From Candidatus Saccharimonadota bacterium (GTDB taxonomy: Bacteria > Bacteroidota > Bacteroidia > Flavobacteriales > Blattabacteriaceae), in contig NZ_CP059216.1 of NCBI RefSeq assembly GCF_014252315.1, positions 150,001 to 182,000 on the forward strand: 32,000 bases of DNA, written 5' to 3'. A model generated the notes under the pieces. That model ran no database searches. It was not told the origin of the DNA and saw only the letters and a list, made by a program, of their open reading frames with translations. Position 1 is the first letter of the stretch; each line of letters begins with the position of its first letter. Shown piece by piece: positions 1-8,653 of the stretch. The position numbers and the translations under genes were made by a program.

Positions 1-600
1 TCTAGACCTGATTCTTTAATTGAAAATACAAATGTTTATAAAGTTAGAGAAAAAAGTGGGGAAAAACTTTATGAACAACATCCAGTAAAAGCAGATGTAG
101 TTATCGGTGTACCTGATTCAGGAGTACCTGCTGCTATAGGTTATTCTAAAGCTTCAGGTATCCCATTTAAACCTATTTTAATAAAAAATAAATATATTGG
201 TAGATCTTTCATTCTTCCTAATAAAGAAATACGTGAAAAAATGGTTAATTTAAAACTGAACCCTATTTTACACGAAATAAAAGATAAAAGAATTATCATA
301 ATTGATGATTCCATAGTTCGTGGAACTACCATTGCAAGATTAATTTATATTTTAAGAAAATCAGGAGCTAAAGAATTACATTTTAGAAGCGCTTCTCCAC
401 CAATTATAGCTCCATGTTATTTAGGAGTTAACACTCCAAAAAAAAAAGATTTATTTTCATATAAAAATATTAATAAAAATGATATTATAAAAATTTTAAA
501 TCTAGATAGCATAGAATTTTTAAGTATGGATAATTTAATAAACATATTAGGAGGAAAAAGTCATTGTTTTGGATGTTTTACTGGATTATATCCAGTATGA
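1..600 (+). CDS. purF: amidophosphoribosyltransferase, C-terminal part (5' end outside window)
   Basis: Frame 1 is open from nt 1 to TGA at 598-600. My translation of 1-240 reads SRPDSLIENTNVYKVREKSGEKLYEQHPVKADVVIGVPDSGVPAAIGYSKASGIPFKPILIKNKYIGRSFILP. It continues into the tracked ORF, which carries the PRPP-binding motif IIIIDDSIVRGTT. The M at 241 in the ORF track is internal. Confidence 0.9.
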   Translation, partial: SRPDSLIENTNVYKVREKSGEKLYEQHPVKADVVIGVPDSGVPAAIGYSKASGIPFKPILIKNKYIGRSFILPNKEIREKMVNLKLNPILHEIKDKRIIIIDDSIVRGTTIARLIYILRKSGAKELHFRSASPPIIAPCYLGVNTPKKKDLFSYKNINKNDIIKILNLDSIEFLSMDNLINILGGKSHCFGCFTGLYPV

Positions 601-627
601 AATCATTTATATTTAATAAATTTTATT

Positions 628-1623
628 ATGAAAAAAAATGATAATCTTATATGCAATATAGAAAAAATTATAGAAAAAACTTACAATAAAAATGTTTTAA
701 GTAAATTAAATGATTTTTCTGGACTATATAAAATAATTAAAAGTAAGTTTATAGATCCTATTATAGTTTCTAGCACTGATGGAGTTGGAACAAAAATTTT
801 TTTAGCTATAAATTATAAAAAATATGAAATAATTGGAAAAGACTGCTTTGCTATGTGTATAAATGATATATTATGTCATGGAGCCACTTCTTTATTCTTT
901 TTGGATTATATTGCTTGTAATAAAATCAATTCATATATTATAGAAAAAATAATTCATGGAATAACTTATTCATGTAAAAAAACTAATACATGTTTTATTG
1001 GAGGAGAAACAGCAGAAATGTCAGGATTATATCCAAATAATGGATATGATATTGCTGGTTTTTGTGTGGGTATTGTAGAAAAAAATTGTATTATAAATGG
1101 TAAAAATTTAATAAAAGAAAATGATATCATTATAGGAATTCCATCATCAGGAGTTCATAGCAATGGTTTTTCCATAATAAGAAATATATTTTCACATAAA
1201 GATTTACAAAAATCTTTTAATAAAAAACCTCTTTATGAATCATTTTTAATTCCAACAAAAATTTATTATAACTTAATTCATATTATAATAAAAAAAATTC
1301 CTATACATGGAATTGCTCATATTACAGGAGGAGGTATATATCAAAATTTATCTAGAATTATACCAAAAGGATTATCTGCTATAGTTAAAAAAAAAAATAT
1401 TCCTACTCAACCAATTTTTTCTTTTATAAAAGAAAAAGGAAATTTATCTGATAAAGTTATGTGGAATACTTTTAATATGGGAGTTGGATTGATTATTATA
1501 TCCTCTTATATTTATAAAGATAAAGTCTTACAAGAACTTATTTCTATTAATGAAAAACCATTTATAATTGGAAATATTATAAAAACAAATAACAAAAGTA
1601 ACAAAAAAGTTTTTTTAGAATAA
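628..1623 (+). CDS. purM: phosphoribosylformylglycinamidine cyclo-ligase (AIR synthetase)
   Basis: 331 aa ORF with the PurM signature VSSTDGVGTK and a GGETAEM block. It sits between purF and purN. Confidence 0.93.
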   Translation: MKKNDNLICNIEKIIEKTYNKNVLSKLNDFSGLYKIIKSKFIDPIIVSSTDGVGTKIFLAINYKKYEIIGKDCFAMCINDILCHGATSLFFLDYIACNKINSYIIEKIIHGITYSCKKTNTCFIGGETAEMSGLYPNNGYDIAGFCVGIVEKNCIINGKNLIKENDIIIGIPSSGVHSNGFSIIRNIFSHKDLQKSFNKKPLYESFLIPTKIYYNLIHIIIKKIPIHGIAHITGGGIYQNLSRIIPKGLSAIVKKKNIPTQPIFSFIKEKGNLSDKVMWNTFNMGVGLIIISSYIYKDKVLQELISINEKPFIIGNIIKTNNKSNKKVFLE

Positions 1624-1637
1624 AAAACATTATTATA

Positions 1638-2198
1638 ATGATAAAAAAAATAGCAATATTAGTTTCTGGAAATGGAACTAACATGAAGCATATTTTACAT
1701 TCTATTAATAATGGATATTTATCAAATTTTAAAATTGATTTGGTAATTTCTGATAGAAAATGTAAAGCTATACAATTTTCAATACAAAATGGAATAAATT
1801 CATTTTGTTTAAAAAAAAATAAATTTTTATCACATAATATAGATAAAATACTAATAAAATATAATCCATATATAGTAATATTATCTGGATTTTTATCCAT
1901 ATTAAACGAAAATTTTTGCAAAAAATGGATAAATAAAGTTATTAATATACATCCTTCTTTATTACCTAAATATGGAGGAATAGGAATGTATGGAAATAAA
2001 GTACATAAATTAGTAATAAAAAATAAAGATAAAATATCTGGAGCTACAGTACATTATGTAACAAAGGATATTGATTTAGGAGATATAATTATAAAAAAAT
2101 CCTGTAAAATATCTTCTATAGAAACAATTAATTCTTTATCTAATAAAGTTTCTATGATAGAAAAGAAAATATTAATTGAATCAATAAAAAATTTATAA
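1638..2198 (+). CDS. purN: phosphoribosylglycinamide formyltransferase
   Basis: 186 aa ORF with the N-terminal ILVSGNGTN motif and the INIHPSLLPKYGG formyltransferase motif. Confidence 0.9.
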   Translation: MIKKIAILVSGNGTNMKHILHSINNGYLSNFKIDLVISDRKCKAIQFSIQNGINSFCLKKNKFLSHNIDKILIKYNPYIVILSGFLSILNENFCKKWINKVINIHPSLLPKYGGIGMYGNKVHKLVIKNKDKISGATVHYVTKDIDLGDIIIKKSCKISSIETINSLSNKVSMIEKKILIESIKNL

Positions 2199-2235
2199 AA
2201 AAAAATATTATTAATTCATCAATTTAAATTATGTT

Positions 2236-3774
2236 ATGAAAAAAGCTTTAGTTAGTGTTTATAATAAAAACGAAAAATTGTTAGAATTTGTTTCTTTTTT
2301 AATTGAAAAAAAATATAAAATTATATCTACTAATGGTACTTATCAATATTTATTGAAAAATGGATTACATACTATAGAAATTTCTTCTATAACATCATTC
2401 CCTGATATTTTAGATGGTAGAATAAAAACTATACATCCATATATATATGGTGGTATATTAGTTAATAGATCTAATAAAAAACAAATAAAATCTATTAAAA
2501 ATTATAATATAGATTTAATTGATATAGTATTAACAGATTTTTATCCTTTTATTGAAAAAATAAAAAATAAATCTATTGATATAAAATCAATGATAGAATT
2601 TATAGATATTGGAGGACCATCATTACTTAGATCTGCTGCAAAAAATTTTCTTTACGTTACACCTATTATAGACATTAATGATTTTAAATTAATTAAAAAT
2701 GAAATAGAAGAAAATAAATCTATTTCCATAAAAATAAGAAAAAAATTAGCAGGTAAAGCATTTAATTTTACATCAAATTATGATGCAGTAATTTCTAACT
2801 ATTTATTAAAAGAAGAAAAATTTCCCACTTATATAAATTTTTCTTATAAAAAAAAAATGAATTTAATATATGGAGAAAATCCTCATCAAAAAGCAGCATT
2901 TTATATAAATAATATACAAAAAGGAGCTATGTGTAATATAAATCAATTACATGGAAACCCTATTTCTTTTAATAATATAAAGGATATGGATATAGCATGG
3001 AAAATTATTTCTCAATTTTCACCTAATATTCCTACTTGTTGTACAGTAAAACATTCTACACCATGTGGTGTAGCAAATGGAAAAGATATTATTGAAGCAT
3101 TTCAAAAAACATATTATGCAGACCCAATTTCATCATTTGGAGGTGTAATTGCTTTTAATACTAAAGTTACAGAAAAATTAGCCAAAGAAATTAACAGAAT
3201 TTTTTTAGAAGTTGTAATTGCATCAGATTATGATAAAAAGGCTATTAACATATTAAAAATGAAAAAAAGTTTAAGGACTATTATTATAAATAATTCTATT
3301 TCAGATATTACAGAATGTGTTCAAGTAGATGGAGGATTTCTTATGCAAGAAACAGATTATTCTTTAAATAAAAAAGAAGAAGATAGTTATAAAATTGTTA
3401 CTGAAAAAAAATTTTCTGACCAAGAAATAAAATCTTTATTTTTTGCTCAAAAAGTAGTAAAATATGTAAAATCTAACGCCATTGTTATTGCAAAAGGAAC
3501 ACAAACTTTAGGAATATCTGGAGGACAAACTAATAGAATTTGGGCCGCTCGTCAAGCTATAAATAGAGCATTAAAAAAAAATAAAAAGGGATTAGTTCTT
3601 GTATCAGATGCATTTTTTCCTTTTAGAGATGTTGTAGATGAAGCGGCTCAATCTAAATGTATATGTGCTATTTTACAACCAGGTGGTTCTATACGAGATG
3701 AAGAGTCTATAAAAGCATGTAATAGTTATGGAATAGCTATGGCTTTTACTGGAAAAAGATATTTTAAACATTGA
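2236..3774 (+). CDS. purH: bifunctional AICAR transformylase / IMP cyclohydrolase
   Basis: 512 aa ORF with an MGS-like N-terminus (ALVSVYNK) and the IGGPSLLRSAAKN and YGENPHQKAAFY motifs typical of PurH. Confidence 0.95.
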   Translation: MKKALVSVYNKNEKLLEFVSFLIEKKYKIISTNGTYQYLLKNGLHTIEISSITSFPDILDGRIKTIHPYIYGGILVNRSNKKQIKSIKNYNIDLIDIVLTDFYPFIEKIKNKSIDIKSMIEFIDIGGPSLLRSAAKNFLYVTPIIDINDFKLIKNEIEENKSISIKIRKKLAGKAFNFTSNYDAVISNYLLKEEKFPTYINFSYKKKMNLIYGENPHQKAAFYINNIQKGAMCNINQLHGNPISFNNIKDMDIAWKIISQFSPNIPTCCTVKHSTPCGVANGKDIIEAFQKTYYADPISSFGGVIAFNTKVTEKLAKEINRIFLEVVIASDYDKKAINILKMKKSLRTIIINNSISDITECVQVDGGFLMQETDYSLNKKEEDSYKIVTEKKFSDQEIKSLFFAQKVVKYVKSNAIVIAKGTQTLGISGGQTNRIWAARQAINRALKKNKKGLVLVSDAFFPFRDVVDEAAQSKCICAILQPGGSIRDEESIKACNSYGIAMAFTGKRYFKH

Positions 3775-3778
3775 AAAA

Positions 3779-5020
3779 ATGAAAATTTTAATTTTAGGTA
3801 GTGGAGGGAGAGAACATGCTATTGCAAAAAAATTATTAGAGGATAATCCATATATTAATTTATATTTTTACCCTGGAAATGGAGGAACAAGTTTAATAGG
3901 AAAAAATATAGGAAATAATTATTCTATATCAGATTTAGCTTTTTTTTCTAAAAAAAATAATATAGATACTACTATAGTAGGATCTGAATTTTTTCTTATG
4001 CAAAAAATAGTAGATTTATTCAATTTTTATAAATTGAATATAATTGGACCTAAATATTTATCAGCTAAATTAGAAGGGGATAGAATTTTTGCAAAATCTT
4101 TTATGAAAAAGTATGGAATATGTACTCCAAAATATGAAATATTTAATTCTTATAATGATGCTATTTCTTTTGTAAAAAAAAATAAAAAATTTCCATTAGT
4201 TATTAAAACAAATGGATTAGCATATGGAAAAGGTGTTATTATAACTCATAATGAATCAGATTCTAATAATGAATTAAAAAATATTATGATAGAACAAAAA
4301 TTTGGTAAATCTGGTAATAAAATTATTATAGAAGAATATTTAGAAGGAAAAGAAGTTTCTATCATATCTATTTTTAATAGAAAAAAAATAATACCATTTT
4401 TATCTTCCAGAGATTATAAGAAAGTAGAAGAAAATGATATGGGATTAAATACTGGAGGAATGGGATCTATTGTTCCAAATCCTTATATGAATAATTTTCT
4501 TTTTAATGATTTTAAAAATAATATATTAGAACCTACTTTAGATGGATTAATAACAGAAAAATTAGAATTTTTTGGTTTTTTATATTTTGGACTAATGATA
4601 TATAAAAACAAAATGTATTTACTAGAGTATAATACTAGAATGGGTGATCCAGAAGCTCAATCTCTATTTCCATTAATGAAAAATAATTTTTTAAATATAT
4701 TAAAATCTTGTTTTTATGGAAATGATATTTCCATAAAATGGAAAAATTGTAGTTCTTGTTGCGTTGTTTTATCATCTAAAGGGTATCCAAAAAAATACAA
4801 AAAAGGAAATATTATAAAAGGATTAAAATATTTAAAAGAACCTTTTTATATAGCAGGAGCTGAAAAATTAAATGAAAAATGGATTACATCAGGAGGTCGT
4901 GTTTTAAATATAGTAGGTATTAGTAATAATATTGAAAATTCTAGAAAAATAGCATATAAAAAAGTTAAAAAAATTCAATTTGATAATATTTATTATAGAA
5001 AAGATATAGGATTAATTTGA
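3779..5020 (+). CDS. purD: phosphoribosylamine--glycine ligase
   Basis: 413 aa ORF with the MKILILGSGGREHAI N-terminus and an ATP-grasp core. It starts 4 nt after the purH stop. Confidence 0.93.
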   Translation: MKILILGSGGREHAIAKKLLEDNPYINLYFYPGNGGTSLIGKNIGNNYSISDLAFFSKKNNIDTTIVGSEFFLMQKIVDLFNFYKLNIIGPKYLSAKLEGDRIFAKSFMKKYGICTPKYEIFNSYNDAISFVKKNKKFPLVIKTNGLAYGKGVIITHNESDSNNELKNIMIEQKFGKSGNKIIIEEYLEGKEVSIISIFNRKKIIPFLSSRDYKKVEENDMGLNTGGMGSIVPNPYMNNFLFNDFKNNILEPTLDGLITEKLEFFGFLYFGLMIYKNKMYLLEYNTRMGDPEAQSLFPLMKNNFLNILKSCFYGNDISIKWKNCSSCCVVLSSKGYPKKYKKGNIIKGLKYLKEPFYIAGAEKLNEKWITSGGRVLNIVGISNNIENSRKIAYKKVKKIQFDNIYYRKDIGLI

Positions 5021-5062
5021 ATATATTAATATAATTAGTTATTAAACTAATAAGTAAAAATA

Positions 5063-6601
5063 ATGAAAAAAAATTTAATTATTATTCTAGATTTTGGATC
5101 TCAATATAGCTATATGATTGCAAGAAGAATAAGAGATTTAGGTGTATATTCCTTATTATATCCTTATAATATATCAAAATCTAAAATATTATCAAAATGT
5201 CCTAGTGGAATAATTTTATCAGGAGGACCTTTTTCTGTTTATAAAACAAATTCTTTGTTAATATCTAAAAATATTTTTTCATTAGGAATACCTATACTTG
5301 GAATTTGTTATGGTATGCAATTAATTTCATTTTTGTTAGGTGGAAAAATAGGTCCTTCTAATTATAGAGAATATGGAAAATCTTTATTAGAAATAATAGA
5401 TAAAAATCATCCATTATTTTTAGGAATTAATAAAAATAATATTGTAGTATGGATGAGTCATTTTGATGAAATAAAAAAAATTCCTAAAGAATTTAATATA
5501 ATAGGTAAAACTTCATCTTGTCCAGTAGCAGCTATATCTAACAATAAAAAAATGATTTATGCTGTACAATTTCATCCAGAAGTAAATAACACAGAATATG
5601 GAAAATTAATATTAGAAAATTTTGTTATACAAATTTGCAAATGTAATTATAATTGGAAATTAACTAATGTTGTAAATAATATAATAAATGATATTAAAAA
5701 AACAGTTTCTAATAAAAAAGTTATATTAGGATTTTCTGGAGGATTAGACTCTTTTGTAACAGCATATCTAAGTTATAAAGCTATTGGTAAACAATTAAAT
5801 TGTATTTTTATAGATACTGGACTTTTTCCAAAAGAAGAAAAAAAAATAATTATTAATATTTGTAAACATATGAATTTACCAATTAAAGTAATTAATGCTA
5901 AAGAAAATTTTTTATCAAAATTAATTGGAATTAAAAATCCAGAAAAAAAAAGAAAAATTATAGGAAAAGAATTTATTAATTTATTCCAAAAAGAATCTAA
6001 AAAAATAGGTAATATTGAATTTTTAATTCAAGGAACTATTTATTCTGATATTATTGAATCTTCTAAAAAATTAAACAATAATTTTATAAAATCTCATCAT
6101 AATGTAGGAGGTCTACCTAAATTTAGGAAATTAAAAATTATTGAACCATTAAAAAAATTATTTAAAGATGAGGTTAGAACAATAGGAAAATTACTAGGGG
6201 TTCCAGGAATTATATTATATAAACATCCATTTCCAGGACCTGGAATAAGTATTAGAATTATTGGAAAAATAAATAAAAATAAAATATCTATCATAAAAAA
6301 AGCAGATAGTATCTTATTCCAAGAATTAAATAGTTATAATATATATAATACAATTAGTCAAGCTTTTATAATATTATTATCTACTAAATCTGTAGGAATA
6401 ATGGGAGATAAAAGAACATATGAATATACAGCTGTGTTAAGATCAGTTAATACGAAAGATTTTATGACTGCAACTTTTTCACATTTATCTTACGAATTTT
6501 TAGAGAAAATATCAAATAGAATAATAAATGAAGTTAATGGAATAAATCGTGTTTTATATGATATATCATCTAAACCTCCATCTACTATTGAATGGGAATA
6601 A
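5063..6601 (+). CDS. guaA: GMP synthase (glutamine-hydrolysing)
   Basis: 512 aa ORF with a GATase domain (GICYGMQL, FHPE), the ATP-pyrophosphatase P-loop GFSGGLDS, and the canonical C-terminus PPSTIEWE. Confidence 0.95.
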   Translation: MKKNLIIILDFGSQYSYMIARRIRDLGVYSLLYPYNISKSKILSKCPSGIILSGGPFSVYKTNSLLISKNIFSLGIPILGICYGMQLISFLLGGKIGPSNYREYGKSLLEIIDKNHPLFLGINKNNIVVWMSHFDEIKKIPKEFNIIGKTSSCPVAAISNNKKMIYAVQFHPEVNNTEYGKLILENFVIQICKCNYNWKLTNVVNNIINDIKKTVSNKKVILGFSGGLDSFVTAYLSYKAIGKQLNCIFIDTGLFPKEEKKIIINICKHMNLPIKVINAKENFLSKLIGIKNPEKKRKIIGKEFINLFQKESKKIGNIEFLIQGTIYSDIIESSKKLNNNFIKSHHNVGGLPKFRKLKIIEPLKKLFKDEVRTIGKLLGVPGIILYKHPFPGPGISIRIIGKINKNKISIIKKADSILFQELNSYNIYNTISQAFIILLSTKSVGIMGDKRTYEYTAVLRSVNTKDFMTATFSHLSYEFLEKISNRIINEVNGINRVLYDISSKPPSTIEWE

Positions 6602-6604
6602 AAA

Positions 6605-7444
6605 TTATGTCATCATATAAATTAATTTATACAAATTTTCTTTTAATTTTGTTCTGGAAGATATTAAATCTATAAATCCATTTTCCATAAGAAATTCTGA
6701 AGTTTGAAATCCACTAGGTAAATCTTTACCAATTACTTCTTTAATAACTTTAGGTCCTGCAAATCCAATTAAAGCACCTGGTTCTGCTATATTTATATCT
6801 CCAAGTAATGCATAAGAGGCCGTAACTCCTCCTGTGGTAGGATCTGTTAATATTGATATATATGGTAATCCTGAATTTTTTAATTGAGTTAATCTTGCAA
6901 TTGTTTTAGCCATTTGCATTAATGAAAATGCAGATTCCATTATTCTTGCTCCACCGGATTTTGATATTAATACATATGGAATTTTTTTTTCTATACAACA
7001 TTTTATTGCTCTAGATATTTTTTCTCCTACTACAGACCCCATAGATCCTCCTATAAAAGAAAAATCCATACAAGAAACTATTACTTTTATTCCTTTTATT
7101 TTTCCTATTACAGTTCTAATAGCATCATATAAATTCGTTTTTTTTATAGATTCTTTTATTCTATCTGTATATTTTTTATAATCTTTCCATTTTACAGGAT
7201 CTTTACTTGTTATTTTAATATTGATTTCCGTAAATTTTTTATTATCAAAAAGTATTTTAAAATATTCTTCGCTATGGATTCTAACATGATAACCATCTTC
7301 TGGGTTTACATAAAGATTTTTTTTCAGTTTTTCTGTATCTACTATTTTTCCATTAGGAGTTTTATACCAAATACCTTTAGGTAAATTTTTTCTATCATCT
7401 ATAGATGTTAATATTTTTTTTTTTTTTCTTAAAAACCAGACCAT
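6605..7444 (-). CDS. accD: acetyl-CoA carboxylase carboxyltransferase beta subunit
   Basis: 279 aa ORF with [18 protein letters not shown] and [13 protein letters not shown] blocks. The N-terminal region has no Cys4 finger (see rejected list). Confidence 0.9.
   Translation of the reverse strand: MVWFLRKKKKILTSIDDRKNLPKGIWYKTPNGKIVDTEKLKKNLYVNPEDGYHVRIHSEEYFKILFDNKKFTEINIKITSKDPVKWKDYKKYTDRIKESIKKTNLYDAIRTVIGKIKGIKVIVSCMDFSFIGGSMGSVVGEKISRAIKCCIEKKIPYVLISKSGGARIMESAFSLMQMAKTIARLTQLKNSGLPYISILTDPTTGGVTASYALLGDINIAEPGALIGFAGPKVIKEVIGKDLPSGFQTSEFLMENGFIDLISSRTKLKENLYKLIYMMT
7414..7427 (-). repeat. 14-nt homopolymer (T14 on + strand, A14 in the accD mRNA) encoding R-K-K-K-K near the accD N-terminus
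   Basis: Counted directly: t at 7414-7427. The minus-strand reading is ATG GTC TGG TTT TTA AGA AAA AAA AAA AAA ATA. Confidence 0.9.
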
Positions 7445-7454
7445 ATATTATTTA

Positions 7455-8531
7455 TTATAATGTATTAATATTATTCATTAAATAAAAATATTTTTTTAAA
7501 TATTTTTTAAAATATTCTTCTCCATTTCTTAACCATATTCTAGGATCATAATATTTTTTATTAGGAATGTTTTCTCCTTTAGGATTTCCTACTTGTTTTT
7601 TTAAAAAATCTTTATTTTTATTCATATAATCTCTTACTCCACAAGTAAAAGCATATTGTAAATCAGTATCAATATTCATTTTAACCACTCCATATCTAAT
7701 AGATTTTTGTATTTCATATACAGATGATCCTGATCCTCCATGAAAAACTAAAGATATTGGATTTTTTTTTGTATTTAATTTTTTTTGTACATAATTTTGT
7801 GATTTTTTTAATATATCAGGACGTAAATTAACATTTCCTGGCTTATAAACTCCATGAACATTTCCAAATGCAGCTGCTATAATAAAATTATCACTTATAT
7901 TTTTCATTTCTTTATAAGCATAAAATACTTCTTCTGGTTGAGAATAAAGTTTTTTGTTATCTATATTTGAATTATCTATTCCATCTTCTTCTCCTCCAGT
8001 TACTCCTAGTTCTATTTCAATTGTCATTTTATTTTTATTCATTCTTTCAAAATATTTTTTACAAATTTCTATATTTTCTTTTAATGGTTCTTGTGATAAA
8101 TCTAGCATATGAGAACTAAATAAAGTTTTACCAAATCTTTTATAATATGATTCATTAGCGCAAATTAATCCATCTATCCATGGTAAAAAATTTTTAGAAC
8201 AATGATCTGTATGAAGTATTATTGTAGACTGATAAAGTTCAGCTAATTCATGTATATGCATAGCACAAGATATAGCTCCTTTTATTGCTGATTTTTGTTT
8301 ACATTTATTTTTTAATGTTGATCCAATACCAGCATTAAAAATAGATCCGCTATTAGATAATTGAATGATGATAGGAGAGTTAACTATTGATGCAGTCTCC
8401 ATAGCAGCATTTATTGTATTTGATCCAGTAACGTTTACTGCTGGTATAGCGAATTTTTTTTGTTTAGCATATTCAAATATTTCTTTAACAAGATTACCAG
8501 TTATTACTCCATGAGGAAATTTTTTAGACAT
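7455..8531 (-). CDS. fbaA: class II fructose-bisphosphate aldolase
   Basis: 358 aa ORF with the LHTDHC, GNVHGVYKPGNV and FHGGSGS motifs of class II (metal-dependent) FBA. Confidence 0.92.
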   Translation of the reverse strand: MSKKFPHGVITGNLVKEIFEYAKQKKFAIPAVNVTGSNTINAAMETASIVNSPIIIQLSNSGSIFNAGIGSTLKNKCKQKSAIKGAISCAMHIHELAELYQSTIILHTDHCSKNFLPWIDGLICANESYYKRFGKTLFSSHMLDLSQEPLKENIEICKKYFERMNKNKMTIEIELGVTGGEEDGIDNSNIDNKKLYSQPEEVFYAYKEMKNISDNFIIAAAFGNVHGVYKPGNVNLRPDILKKSQNYVQKKLNTKKNPISLVFHGGSGSSVYEIQKSIRYGVVKMNIDTDLQYAFTCGVRDYMNKNKDFLKKQVGNPKGENIPNKKYYDPRIWLRNGEEYFKKYLKKYFYLMNNINTL

Positions 8532-8591
8532 ATTGTTATATATTTTTTTAATAATATAAAAAGGTATTTATTTTCAATTTATTAAATTATT

Positions 8592-8599
8592 CAAAAATA
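8592..8599 (-). promoter_or_regulatory. candidate Bacteroidetes-type -7 promoter box (TATTTTTG, matches TAnnTTTG) upstream of fbaA
   Basis: The + strand reads caaaaata at 8592-8599, about 60 nt upstream of the fbaA ATG at 8531. I found no properly spaced -33 TTG. Confidence 0.2.
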
Positions 8600-8653
8600 A
8601 TTTTAATATAACAAAGTAAAGTATAATTGAATTATTATTTTACATTATTTAAC

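Noticed and set aside
141-332. 63-aa ORF antisense to purF
   Set aside because: It lies wholly inside the well-supported purF frame on the opposite strand. Its Ile/Leu/Phe-rich low-complexity sequence is typical of the antisense of AT-rich genes, and it has no recognisable motif.
1577-1921. 114-aa ORF antisense to the purM 3' end and the purN 5' half
   Set aside because: It is antisense to two strongly supported genes, has F/I/L/N-rich composition and no family signature. In DNA this AT-rich, long antisense ORFs arise by chance.
6097-6294. 65-aa ORF antisense to guaA
   Set aside because: It lies inside the conserved guaA coding region and has no motif, so it is a compositional artefact.
6605-7444. 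AccD lacks the N-terminal Cys4 zinc finger ([31 protein letters not shown], where E. coli has CxxC...CxxC)
   Set aside because: My recollection is that Flavobacteriia/Bacteroidetes AccD proteins generally have this Cys-less SP(T/N)GK...(S/N)PEDxxH form. It is therefore a lineage trait rather than something new here. An alignment could confirm this.
8627-8653. TTG start for the helicase, 27 nt upstream of the ATG
   Set aside because: It is possible, but it adds nine hydrophobic or aromatic residues (MNYYFTLFN) before a P-loop that in homologues lies close to the N-terminus. The ATG at 8654 is the simpler call. This is not decisive without homologue alignment.
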